Origin: Octopus vulgaris | Taxonomy: Eukaryota | Direction of reading: 5' to 3' | Assembly: GCA_951406725.2 (NCBI GenBank) | Contig: OX597816.1 | Span: 44,392,001-44,456,000, forward strand | Length of the DNA: 64,000 bases | In this document: piece after piece, positions 47,383 through 60,432 of the stretch | Numbering within the stretch: position 1 is the stretch's first letter | Layout of the letters: every line of letters starts with the position of its first letter | Notes under the pieces: model-generated | Database searches by the model: none | Told to the model about the DNA's origin: nothing | Seen by the model: only the letters and a program-made list of their open reading frames with translations | Program-made: the position numbers and the translations under genes

Positions 47383-47776
47383 TCTTTATATATAAAAGTA
47401 AGGTTGTGTGTCTGTCTCCTACGATTTAGATTCCTAACTACTCCCACATTTTGCGGTGCAGTTTAACCAAAACCGGGTATCTTATAGTCGGGATTCATAT
47501 CGAGCCTTTCTGGGTATTAGCGCGCGTCTACGATGTATCTACGATTTAAAAAATGATTACCATCAATTTTTCCCATTTTTAATGCATTTTTGGCATATAT
47601 AAGGGAAGTAACTCTCTAAAAAATTATTATTAAATCTCAGAACGTAAAAAGCTACAGTAACCCCTCCCCCCTTTGTGGTTAGCCATATTGAGATGGCTAT
47701 TATACTCTACATCTCTAAAAATGCTTATATAGTTATTTCCCTTAGAAACCCGAGCAACGCCGGGCGATACTGCTAG
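47383..47776 (+). mobile_element. Non-autonomous Helitron, copy 3
   Basis: Same termini and body as copy 1. Confidence 0.85.
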
Positions 47777-49356
47777 TCATTAATAGAATAAATAACAAAG
47801 GTTTTATCTAGCTGAACAGATAGAAAATAATTTTTCCAGCATGGCAGCAGCTCTGAGCTGAAACTAGAGAGAAAAAAAAATTATGTTTATTGATTGCAAG
47901 TGAGGTTCTATTGCAATTTACCTTACACTATTTATGTTTGATACGTATACAGGACTTTGTCCAGTCAAACAACTGAACCATTAGGGCCTTTGCTGGTCAG
48001 CCAGTCACCATAACACCTAAAGCTCTATTAGCCATGTATTAGCATATGTATGTGAAAGTCCAGGGCAAGATTAATCCTTCCTGTCTGGTACGTCTTCGAA
48101 ATGGTATCGTCGCAGGCGTTGTTTTCAGAACACAAACAGCCAGAATAGATACTTACAAGGTATTTTGCTCAAACAGTCATGCCATTCTAAAGTCGAGGAT
48201 TCGTACTTTGCAATCGATCCCAAAACGACGAAAGGCAAAATTGACCTTGATGTCATATGAACTCAGAGTACAGAGATCTGAATCAAGTACTGTGAACAGT
48301 TTTAGCTAACGCCCGCACGACTCTACCACTTCACCACATAAACATAACAACAAATCAAGCTTTAAACGTAATGGATTTTCGAGCGTTAGTATCGTCAATG
48401 TTATAAGCGCCGGTGGAACATATGAATAAGAACAGTTTAGATACTACTTACTCACTCGTCTCTTAGATATGTTGCTTTCACTGTTGAGCCAACGTTATTA
48501 CCGATGCTATCGTTCATTAGAAATTTCAGCATGCTGGTGTTGCGTCTCTAAAAGTAATAAATTACGTTCTTGTATATTCTACAGAACCAATAACAGGGAA
48601 TTGGAAAGGAAATGTCCTAACATAAATTCTAGCATGTGACAACTATGACTCACTTGCTTTAATCAGTCTTTAGATGTCATAAGACTATTGTAATATCAAG
48701 TAACTGATTTATGACTTCGACCCGTTATTTTTAGATTTTTCTTGTTTCATTTTTTTTGAAGAGGCCATCTTTTTATATAGTATGGTTTAAATTTGCAGTT
48801 AAATTGCTCAAATGACAGAATTCATTATGAAAAACTAATTGTTTCTGTTATTTTAGCTAAAATTTCCATCTCAAGGTTCATTGTCCGGTCAATGAAATAC
48901 AATTAGTTGTAGTAACTTTTATTGTTGAAGCACATCAAAACAACTAAAACCGCATACACACTCGCTAACACGTTTACAAACTCTCTCACACACACACAGA
49001 AACAAACATTTCCACATCTACTCACGTACCAATGCAGACACCTACCTGCACACCAGCTCATATAAAAAAAAATATAAAGTAATGAAAATAAATTTTTACT
49101 AGGTCGATGAATAGCTTAAAAGATCACCAAGCAAATACCCCAATAAAATAGAATTCAACAAACCGTACGCATGATCATATTATCAACAACATGGAGGTTT
49201 TATTTAGTATTCAGCATATTTTAGTGCTAAAACCCATAAAACAGTTTAAATTTAATTATAAGAGACACAACAAAGCAATAAATGTCTGTAAAGCTTGTTA
49301 ACTTAATAAATTACACAATTTTTACAATTATTAACTTGTATGTTTTTCCAGCTCTT

Positions 49357-49454
<98 letters not shown>

Positions 49455-50683
49455 AATAAATATATATATAGAGAGAGAGATAGAGAGAGAGACATACATA
49501 CATATATACAAACATTTATATATGCATATATATATTTGTGTGTATATAAATGCGCACTAATATTTTGTTAAAAATGCATGACTAAAATTGATGATTGTAT
49601 TTTTAATGTCTTTTATTTTTTTCTATGTATTCTTTTCTTCAAAATTCTGTGTCTGTTGACTGGATATTCTACAGATTATAACAAACAGTGTTTCGTTTAT
49701 TTATAAATATTTTGTTTTTCGCCATATCGTTTTAGTATTTTATGTTAGTCATCATATTTCGATTTTGCTGTAATTGTGTAACCATATGGACTTGAGTAAA
49801 TAAAGAAACATCTTTTCTGTTTTCAAATTATAATGTTGCTGATTTAAAACAGCCCCTGTAGGAAATCTTTCATACAAATATTAGGGGCCAAAGTAGGAAA
49901 GACGACGCTAAACACACATGCTTCTGCAATATTTATTATATATGCAAGCACACAAATTCATAGTGGGGAAAGATAGGAAGTAAGATGTAAAACACACATG
50001 CCTCTGCAATATTTATTATTTATGAACACACATCACAGCATACAGAGAAGCGTTCAGATGCACAAACATACAAGCACGTATATTTACAGGAAGCCTGACA
50101 GATCAGATTTAGAGTAAAAGGAAAATCGGAAAAAATGTGACGTTCATATATTTCTCAAAGCTATGTGTGATGTTACTGAAATGATAGTGATTGAGAAAGA
50201 GAACTTCTAAAATGTGTGTTATGACCTCACTGGGCAACAGCACTCAAATGGCTTAACAGAGCATTGCAAAATAGGATTATGGTATTAGCGAATAGAAATC
50301 CAGCAACGAAACTATAACACCATTCAGTGCAATATGAAAAGGAATGAATCCTCTGTAAAAACTGTGAAGAATACTTATATATTAAATATGCAGCTAGGTG
50401 CGTGCGCGTGTGGGCATGCACACTACATACATGCACATACTGACACAAACACACGTATATATATATATATATACATACACTTTATATATGTGTGTATGTG
50501 TGTCAGTGCGTGTGTATGTATTATGTTTCCCTGTGTATATTCATGTGAATACCTATGCATATATACACAAATATACATACATATATATATATATATGCAT
50601 ATATATATACATATACATACATACATATATATATATGTATATATATGTATATATCTATATATCTTTATATATATATTTATGTA

Positions 50684-50734
<51 letters not shown>

Positions 50735-51590
50735 GTATATATATCAATATATATATATATGTATATGGAGAAAGAGAGAGACAGACACACAGACTGATAG
50801 ATAGATAGATAGATAGATAGACGCAGATGTATACATATGTACACATATAAATATGTGTATATGTGCTTGTTGTGTGTGTGTGTGTTTGTATATGAATGTG
50901 TGAGTGTGTGAGCGAGCCTGTGCGTGTTTTGCAGTCAACTAACGGCGCCATTAACTGCAGAAAATAGCAGGACATTCTCCTCGAAATAATAGGCAGGACA
51001 CGTTGAAGAATATCATATTACGTACACTATGCCTGAAGAAAAAACAGTATGGTCAGAATCTGCAACGTATTTGATCATAGTTCTGCGCAGCCGATTATCC
51101 CGGAGCCACACAACAATAAAAATAGGAAAAAACAATACCAAGAATATTTAGCTTTCTTCTTTTATTTGATGCAATCATTTGATTGCGGCCATGCTGGGAC
51201 AACGCCTTGCGGAATTTTAGTTCAAAGAACAGTCACCCTCATGTACTTTTTTGCAGAACATCTGAGTTATAGAGATGTAAACACACCTTCATCGGTTACT
51301 AATCGGTGATGGCAAACAAATACAGGTACAAAGACATTTACGACTGGTGTCTTACTCTTTCCCTCTACCGAACACAAAACAAGGTTGTGGTCGACCTGGG
51401 ATCGTAGAAGAAAGCACTTGAACAAGGTGAAGCATAGTGGAACTGAAACCGCAAGCATGTGGTTCGAAAGCAAACATTTTACCACACCGGCATATATGTA
51501 TATAATTATAAACCTCATGCGCGCGCGCGCACACATGCACACACACACGCTCGCATATATGTATATAGCCATATATATGTATGTGCGTAT

Positions 51591-51662
<72 letters not shown>

Positions 51663-51697
51663 TGTTTGAGTTGCCTAATAGTGGTTTTATCTCTAAT

Positions 51698-51742
<45 letters not shown>

Positions 51743-51956
51743 TTTAGAAATTTTAGAAATTTCACCACCAGTGGTCAATAGACAACATATTCGCAAAATA
51801 AAATAGTGTACATTTAAACACAAAAGAAACTACCTTTAACAGGTAATTTTACAGGCTAGAAGAAGCAGTTAAAACGATCAAAACCACATTTAAGATCAAT
51901 TTCGTAGTGAATGAAAAATAAAAACTTTTACCATGTCATTTTTTTACAGTCATACC

Positions 51957-52205
51957 TAGATTTCGAATTTTATTTAGCTAATAAAATAATTTGCTAGGCG
52001 AAATTCACATCAGTGACCGCGCCATAACATTAACATATAATTTAGAGACAAATAGCACGCGTCTCATCATTATATATTACAATTTTTCAAATTCACCACG
52101 CATGCGTTATTTGTCACTAAATTAAATGTTAATATTATGGCGCGGTGACTGGTGAGAAATTCGCCTAGCAAATTATTTTATTTGCTAAATAAAATTCGAA
52201 ACCTA
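51957..52205. mobile_element. MITE-like fold-back element with ~100-bp inverted arms, TA at both ends
   Basis: TTTCGAATTTTATTTAGC...TTTGCTAGGCGAA...ACCGCGCCATAA is mirrored by its reverse complement. Confidence 0.8.
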
Positions 52206-52273
52206 TATACTTGGAAATGGATGCGTGGGCGTTCAATCATATAATAATATAAATAATATATATATTATTTATA

Positions 52274-52656
52274 TCTCTCTCTATATAAACGGCAGTTTGT
52301 CTGTGCGTTTTCTGTGTGTCTGGTTTCTCGTACCCTCACTCTGACCACGGCTTTCAACCGATTCTGATGAAACTTGACACACACATAGCCCAATGTCATA
52401 ATTCAAAACTAACGCAGCGAAAATTTTGAAAAGTTCCCCCAGTTCTGAAAAAATCGATAAATTCGACATGGGGTCGAGAATCAGAAACCCAAACCACAGA
52501 CTGTCTAGGGGACGCAACTCCACCTTTTTTAACTCTCAAAAAAAATTTACCATCATTTTTTTTCCATTTTTTTGCTATTTTTTGGCTATAACTCTCTAAA
52601 AATGCTTTATAGTTATTTCCCTTACAAACCTGAGCAATGCCGGGCGATACTGCTAG
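52274..52656 (+). mobile_element. Non-autonomous Helitron variant (same 3' end, different 5' body)
   Basis: Ends ...TTACAAACCTGAGCAATGCCGGGCGATACTGCTAG|T; starts TC(TC)nTATATAAA. Confidence 0.8.
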
Positions 52657-52727
52657 TTATATATATATATGTATGCGTGTGTGTGTGAATATATAATATA
52701 TTTACACACACATATACATATATCTAT

Positions 52728-52761
<34 letters not shown>

Positions 52762-52763
<2 letters not shown>

Positions 52764-53275
52764 AGCTTCCAGGCGTTTAATGGCATAAGGGATGTGCTCA
52801 AGAGAAGGTTGGACAGGACCACCCGCGCCAACCTCATTAACAGTGCAGTTCTACCTGAAATGTTATATGGTTGTGAAACATGGGCTACCACAAAGAGAGA
52901 AGAGCAGAGACTCGTAACGGCTCAAAGAGCCATGGAAAGGTCAATGCTTGGTATCTCGTTGAGAGAGCACATCAGTAGCGAGATCATCAGAAAGAAGTCC
53001 GGCGTAAGAGATGTCATTGCAGAGTATACACGCAGCAAGTATAGATGGGCTGGACACGTCGCCGGGCTCACCGATAATCGGTAGACCCACGCAGTTGTCG
53101 AGTGGTACTCGCACGAGCGGAAAAGACCACCCACAAGACCTCCACGACGGTGGAGTTACGATTTCAGGAGGACGATTGGGATCACGTGGATGAGAAGGGC
53201 GCGAACCAGAGACGAGTGGACAGCATGCTGTAACCAGCAGTGTCAAATGGACGCCTGATGGACTGGTCGGTCAAG

Positions 53276-53279
<4 letters not shown>
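52762..53279 (+). mobile_element. RTE-clade LINE 3' fragment (RTE-1-like) in (TA)n
   Basis: VLPEMLYGCETW...QRAMERSMLGISLREHI...RWAGHVA...DNR*T...EW...KRP...RPPRRW. Confidence 0.9.
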
Positions 53280-53346
<67 letters not shown>

Positions 53347-53970
53347 GTATTGTCATACGTATATGTGTATGAATGTGTGTGCGTGTGTACATAGCAATGT
53401 ATATATGTCACATATAATGTAAAACATCGTGGAAAGGAATATTTACTGCGACATTCGTTCAGAGATAATGCCTCTTATGGACGTGCTATGTTTAAAAAGA
53501 ATAATGTTTAACAGAGGGAGACGAAAGTCGTTCCAGCAACTGGTAAGGATAACGGCAGAAGCAATTTGACCTTTTTGGACCTTGACAAAGGTCTGTGTTC
53601 ACAGCCAGCTTGTTTCTTTGACGAGATTTATTTTCTCCAGTATATAAGAAAACAGTGAAAAAACCTTCACTGATGTTGCTAACATAAAGTCCAGCATAAA
53701 GCACGCTGCAATGTTTCTAGAAGATGCAGTTGGAAACAGAAGTTTTATGTGATGTGATAATGTGATTTAGGCGATGTGATTATTGTGGTAATGTTATTGT
53801 AGGAATAGGCGTTTCGTGTACACGAGCTCCTGCAAAAGTGACTGGATGTGTGTGCAGGTTCAAATTAATTTTTTATACGTGAAGTACTTTATTCCAAGCG
53901 GCCGTGCCATTTTCCCTGAACGAGTAACCGTATGATCTCTCCATCCACTCCTTCTCTCTCTCTCTCTTTC

Positions 53971-54079
<109 letters not shown>

Positions 54080-54399
54080 ACGTGTGTGTATGTGCGTATG
54101 TGTGCGCGTTTATGCGTGTTTGTGTGAGGAAAGTGTGTGTGCACATTGTGTGTTTGTGTGTGTTATAGACAAATATTACTTACATAAAAATATACTATGA
54201 AATTACGATAAAATTTACATATTCATGTAAGAATTGAACATAAATATTTAATTAGCATTGTAATTAATTTGTGCACTAAGTATGATAGATTGCACAGTCG
54301 GCACATTCAGAGAAAATATTTGTGTCATTCAGTTATATATTTTAATGATCTAAGTTCAAAACAAACCAAGTGTACAGTTCGATGTTTAAGAGATGAGGA

Positions 54400-54533
54400 A
54401 TAATGTACATGATTTACATTATTTACATTATTTACATTCAACGGGCATATGGTGTAGTAATTAAGAGCCCGGGCTACTAACCCCAAGATTTCGAGTTTGA
54501 TTCCAGGCAGTGACCTGAATAATGATAATAATG

Positions 54534-54605
<72 letters not shown>

Positions 54606-54773
54606 TGAGAACTGTTGCTGCTCATGTATTTTAATTTAACTTAAAAAAAAAAAAATGAACGAACTATTGAGTTTGGTTTAATGGCCTACCAATGTATACT
54701 ATGAGTTTCTTTGCCCTAGGAGTCGGGAAGACACTCGGCAAGAAATGGAAGCAAATTTGAAAGAAGAAAAAAA

Positions 54774-54822
<49 letters not shown>

Positions 54823-55000
54823 CAGCAACAACAACAACATCATCGAAAAATACCTTAGGAATGAGAACCCAGGTTCGAAATTTCCTCAAGACACCTGATG
54901 AAAGCTGGAAGGTATATCAGCCGAAACGTTGTGTTAGCAACAAACAAGATGAGGTCAAATATCCGACAAATGTAAATAGTGTAAATAATGTAAATAATTA
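54400..55000 (+). mobile_element. tRNA-headed SINE-like element with a 3' minimal hammerhead, interrupted by a Dong 3' end (54604-54776)
   Basis: tRNA-like head 54443-54515, internal (AAT)n, HHR core at 54890-54935, and an inverted copy of the 3' tail upstream. Confidence 0.65.
54890..54935 (+). ncRNA. Minimal type I hammerhead ribozyme
   Basis: GACAC-CTGATGA-AAGCTGG(loop)TCAGCC-GAAA-CG-TT-GTGTT. Stem I is GACAC/GTGTT, stem III is palindromic ACGT, and stem II has one mismatch. Confidence 0.65.
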
Positions 55001-55638
55001 ACCAAGAGTAATTTTGCTTTCTTATACGAATTTTGCGATTTCTAATGTAAGCCAATGTTATGGTGGCTGCCTGATAAAGAAGTTTTCTCGAGCACGAGTG
55101 TTCTACTATAGTTTCGTGGCGATAAAAGCTTTGTGAGTAGATTCTGTAGACAAAACTGCAAGGAACTCTTCGTATCGATGTATCATCTATCCAGGCGGAA
55201 GTGTGGCTGTGTGGTAAGAAGCTTGCTTCCCAGCCCCATGATCCTGGATTCAGTCCGATTGCGTGGCATTTTGGGAAGTGTTTTCTGCTATAGCCTCAAT
55301 CCAACCAAAGCCTTGTGAGTGGATTTGGTAGACGGAAGTTGAGAAAAGCCCGTCGTATATATATATATATATATATTTTAAATGATTAAATGAAAGAATG
55401 GAGTCGAACGAAGATTTTAACAAAATCTTCGTTAAAATCTTCGTTCGACTCCATTCTTTCATTTATTCATTTTATAAAATACAGAAATTACCACACAAGA
55501 ACATGGGGTTTCTACCCTTGGCATGTAGCTACAACCGTGTTTTCTGACGTGAATTTGCTACCCAGGTATCGATTAACCGAATTATCAATACTAGGATAAT
55601 TCATTCACCTACTTAAATATATATATATATACATACAT

Positions 55639-55669
55639 ACTAGCAGCTAACCCAGGTTTCACCCGGTCT
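55639..55669 (-). mobile_element. Helitron-like 3' terminus
   Basis: Minus strand GACCGGGTGAAACCTGGGTTAGCTGCTAG|T: hairpin plus CTAG. Confidence 0.5.
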
Positions 55670-56091
55670 ATATGGATGATGTGGCTGTGATCGTTTTCGG
55701 TTAGGCATAATCTATAACAGTGTTTCTCAACCTTATCATTTCGGGTTCCCTGTTTCGATTGGAGCCTCCAGCTGTAAGAATATTTCCTGCCTCCCCCTAC
55801 TCCTGTCAGAAAACAGCTGCAGGAGTTGTGAAGAACGAATTTGTACGTTGTCTGGGAGAATTCCATTAGAAAAAGGTTTTAATCGATTTTCTCGGTAACT
55901 ATGGGGGCTAGGGAGAAACACAAACCGCATTCAAATCTATGCACCCGTCTTCACATGTGTGCCATTTCTAACGTGAATCCACCCAGCTGTTTGGTTGTGA
56001 ACCTCAAGAAAGAATAAAACGATCGCCCATGTACAATTTATATTATATATATATCTGTGTGTGTGTGTATGTGTGTATATATATGTGTGTG

Positions 56092-56143
<52 letters not shown>

Positions 56144-56343
56144 GAGTGTGTCTTTGTGTCTATGTTTGTTCACGCCATCATCGCTTGACAACCGATGTTG
56201 GTGTGTTTACTTAGCGCTTCGGCAGAGTGAACAATAGAATAAGTCCTGGGGTCGATTTGTTCGACTAAAACAACCTTTAAGGCGGTGCTCCAGCATGGTC
56301 GCAGTCAAATGACTGAAACGAGTCAAAGAATAAAATATTAAAG

Positions 56344-56382
<39 letters not shown>

Positions 56383-56860
56383 TTTAATGACCGGTAGTAA
56401 TGCATGTTCTTTCATACACACACATACACACACATAAATGTGTAAGTATGTATGTGCGTATGTATGTATTTTTGTTTGTGTTTTGTTTCCTACTACCACC
56501 CGACAACCGGCGGTGGCTTGATCAATTCCCTGTAATTTAGCGAAAAAAACAAAAGAAAAATTGCAAGGCCAATCGAATGTATACAGGCTTAAAAGAAGAG
56601 AAATACTGTGATCGATTTGTTCGATTAAACCCTTCAAAGCGGTGCTGCAGAATGACCGATGTCTAATGAATGAGACAAGTAAAACGTAAAAGGAAAAGCT
56701 TATTTTCTTTCTTTTCTTTTTTTGTATTTGGTTTGCAAGATTCTTTTTGTGATTTCATGTGTTGAAGCATATCTTATTGTGTTTGAGGGAGAGCCATTCT
56801 CTTATAGTGCCTTATTAGTAAAAATAAATAAAAAGATAAATAAATAAATAAATAAATACA

Positions 56861-56891
<31 letters not shown>

Positions 56892-57584
56892 ATGTGTGGA
56901 AATCGGTGAGGCACTAAAAGAGAATAACTCTCCCCAGACACAGTAAAAGAAAAAGATGCACCTATGTTAAAAATCAATATCGTTGCACGTAAAAATCAGA
57001 ACGGCTCATATGATATACATACATATAAACGCAGTAGATTTGGGTAAACATACGTATATAACAGATTATTATAGACGAATCTATTTAAGTGATTTAAATC
57101 ATGCCACCGTTACTAGACTACGAAGTGTGAACACGACTACTTTGCAATAATTAATTGCTTCTATGTTTTCAATTAAATATTAAATTTATTTTTTTGTTAT
57201 CATTTCATTTATTCAATGGTGTTAATAATGTATAGGAACAAACACACCGATATGATGTAATATGCTGTCCAGTTTCTCGAGCAGCTAGAAATAAGTGGCA
57301 AACACCTTCCAAATCTTAAACCTTTCACGTGAAAGTAAAAGAAACAGAAATAGGACACGAAATTACTCTAGTTCTAGATAAACTGTGTCTACAAAAAGAT
57401 TTTTAAAACATTTCTCTGGCATATCTTTGATCTTCGATCTGCTGCCTTAGGCAACAGTAAGACAGTATCAGCAACACTCTTCTTATACTTAAGTATAGAC
57501 ATTACACACACACACACACAAACACACACACATACACACACACACACAAACATACACACACATATTTACATCCACATATATATG

Positions 57585-57625
<41 letters not shown>

Positions 57626-57736
57626 ATAGTAAATTTATATATATATACACACACAAACACACACATATACACACACATCCGCACACACACGCGCATATGT
57701 ATACATATATATATATATATATATTATTTATATATA

Positions 57737-58605
57737 TATGTACTTGTGATATTTTTCTGTATTTACCCCCAAACCTTCGTGAGCTGTCTGGAGTAAACAT
57801 TATCTGAGAGAAATTTTCTTTAAGTAGTAGAAATGCTAAGAAAAAATTTTTTTGGCTGTTATTTCTACTAAGTTCAGTATGTGGCAAAGTAATTTATTTT
57901 ACTAAGCCCTAATTATATAATGTAATATTTTAAATTCGCCTTAAATGGTCCTTTTACATACTGAACACTTGGTGAAATTGATTAATTAATTAATTTTACC
58001 CTCAATTGTTGATATTATAATTCATTTCTCTCGGTCATACTGCCTCGGTTCTCGCGGTTAAAATATAATGTTTGCTAGATAGACCACGTGGGTGGAATGG
58101 GGAGTGCAGAATTTTACGCCTGCGCATTTTGAATTTGTTGACACTGTTTAGTTGGAGTGGTTCATCTGAAGCGACAAGTTCGCTGATAGGTAAAGTTCCT
58201 TCTTTTTAGTGTTTCCAAATCCAAATTAAGAAATTTTGAGCTGACGAAAGAAATGCTGATTTTATTTGGCTAATCTTGAAACGTTGACGTACTCAAACGA
58301 TCTATGTACTTGTGATATTTTTCTGTATTTACCCCCAAACCTTCGTGAGCTGTCTGGAGTAAACATTATCTGAGAGAAATTTTCTTTAAGTAGTAGAAAT
58401 GCTAAGAAAAAATTTTTTTGGATGCTATTTCTACTAAGTTCAGTATGTGGCAAAGTAATTTATTTTACTAAGCCCTAATTATATAATGTAATATTTTGAA
58501 TTCGCCTTAAATGGTCCTTTTACATACTGAACACTTGGTGAAATTGATTAATTAATTAATTTTACCCTCAATTGTTGATATTATAATTCATTTCTCTCGG
58601 TCATA
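57737..58605 (+). repeat. 566-bp-period partial tandem repeat (~1.5 units) in (TA)n, HHR-bearing
   Basis: 57737-58039 is repeated almost exactly at 58303-58605. Confidence 0.93.
58235..58297 (+). ncRNA. Type I hammerhead ribozyme (predicted cleavage after 58291)
   Basis: TTTGAG-CTGACGA-[AAGA..GCTGA..TTGGC..TCTT]-GAAA-CGT-TG-ACG-TA-CTCAAA. Perfect 6-bp stem I, intact core and GUA triplet. Confidence 0.88.
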
Positions 58606-58630
58606 TTATAATTAATTTCTCTCGGTCTGT

Positions 58631-58674
<44 letters not shown>

Positions 58675-59249
58675 CATTTACACGTGTCAGTCATTTGACT
58701 GTAGCCATACTGGAGCATACTTTAAAGGGTTTTATTCGAGTCTCGGACTTATTCTTTGCAAGCCTAGTAACTTATTCTATCGACCCCTTTTGCTGAAGTG
58801 CTATGTTACGGGGATATAACCACTCCAACATCGGTTGCAAAGCAATACGTATATAAGGTATAGGTAGAGTAGAAAGACAGAGCATTTCCAATGCAGCACT
58901 CGACCCGTGCTTTACGCTATCAACACTGCCATATTACAGACTAATACCGAAATTATTCAGGTGCAGAAAATGCTTGTTTCATGACGGGAAAACCATTGTG
59001 TGGGATTAGCGAAGAGTAAAATATAATCCGAATATCATAATTGCTCAATACACAACCGCACTTTTGTTGCAGTTCAGCGAAAGTCTCCCCTTCGATGTCT
59101 AAAACCGCAAATATTAAGTAAATTTTAAACTTTGAACTTTTGCGAGAACTGGAGTTGAAAGTAGAGTTGATACAAAAAAATTGTAACTAATCATTAAAGA
59201 TACGTTAGTCTCTCTTTGTATTCTAATTCGGATTAATTTTTTTCTCTCC

Positions 59250-59418
59250 TTTTCTCTCTCCTTGTTTCTCTCCTTGTTTTTCTGTGTCCCTTTCTGTAGA
59301 GGAGCGTAGGTTCGAAACGTAAAAGACTTTTTCTATTCCTGAGCGTTATACTAATACATCTGTTTGGTTTGTACACCACCTGTCTTCGTCTTCTGTTTTT
59401 TTCGTAAACTCTCCCTAT
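59250..59418 (+). mobile_element. Repeat family E, copy 3, with the best preserved variant HHR (59290-59325)
   Basis: CTTT-CTGTAGA-GGAGC-GTAG-GTTC-GAAA-CG-TA-AAAG. Confidence 0.65.
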
Positions 59419-59427
59419 TTATATATA

Positions 59428-59492
<65 letters not shown>

Positions 59493-59495
<3 letters not shown>

Positions 59496-59839
59496 CGTAG
59501 GAGTGGCTGTGTGGTAAGTAGCTTGCTTACCAACTACATGGTTCCGGGATCAGTCCCACTGCGTGGCACCTTGGGCAAGTGTCTTCTACTATATCCTCGG
59601 GCCGACTAAAGCCTTGTGAGTAAATTCCGTGGACAGAAACTGAAAGAATCCCATCATATATATATATATATACATATATATGTAAGACTTTATAGCACTT
59701 ACTCAGCATTACCTGACACCTTTGGGTCTTATTGATACCATTACCTCTCATAACCTCTATTTCTCGCTATTATAAGCACTTATCTCAGGAAAAGCTGCAG
59801 TAATGCATACACAATAACCTCTGTATATATGTATATATA

Positions 59840-59875
<36 letters not shown>

Positions 59876-60120
59876 TGTATGTATGTATGTATGTATGTAT
59901 GTATATATATGTATATGTTTGTGTGTCTGTGTTTGTCCCCGTAACATTGCTTGAGAACCGATGGTGGTGTGTTTACGTCTCCGTAACTTAGCGGATCGGC
60001 AAAAGAGATATTGGAATAGAATATTACTCAGCTTACAAAGAATAAATCCTAAGGTCTATTTGCCCGACTAAAGGCGGTGCCCCAGCATGGCCACACTCAA
60101 ATGACTGAATCAAATAAAAG
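59493..60120 (+). mobile_element. SINE A copy with extra sequence in its internal microsatellite
   Basis: 5' half at 59493-59655 and 3' half at ~59915-60120. Confidence 0.85.
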
Positions 60121-60254
60121 AATATGATATGTATGTGTGTGTATATATATGTATCTAAGTCAGTTGTATATATAGGCATGTATGTATGTAAGAATGTATG
60201 TATGTAATATGTATGTATATAGACCAAACAATGGCGTCATTTCTTTTTGTTGCT

Positions 60255-60432
60255 TAAATGCTTTCGACTTAGCACCGTTTAGCCGAACACACATACTAGG
60301 TCATTCCTGTAGGTGCTTCAAGAGAAGAAACAGCTATCCATCGATTCCATGCTCCCGCAGAATCTTTCACAAGTCCCGTGGAACGGGGTCTTGTGTTATT
60401 TCGAGTTCTACGAAACAAGTATACACCTCCTG
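60255..60432 (-). mobile_element. RTE-type reverse transcriptase relic
   Basis: Manual translation VYTCFVELEITQDPVPRDL*KILREHGIDG*L...CVRLNGAKSKAF resembles the RT motif CFVDLEKAYDRVPR...LREYG. Confidence 0.7.

Noticed and set aside
52362-52375. CTGATGAAAC inside the Helitron variant (also CTGATGA at ~44938 and ~46778)
   Set aside because: No stem II or downstream GAAA/NUH arrangement.
54443-54515. Possible tRNA gene
   Set aside because: No acceptor stem and degenerate boxes; treated as a SINE head.
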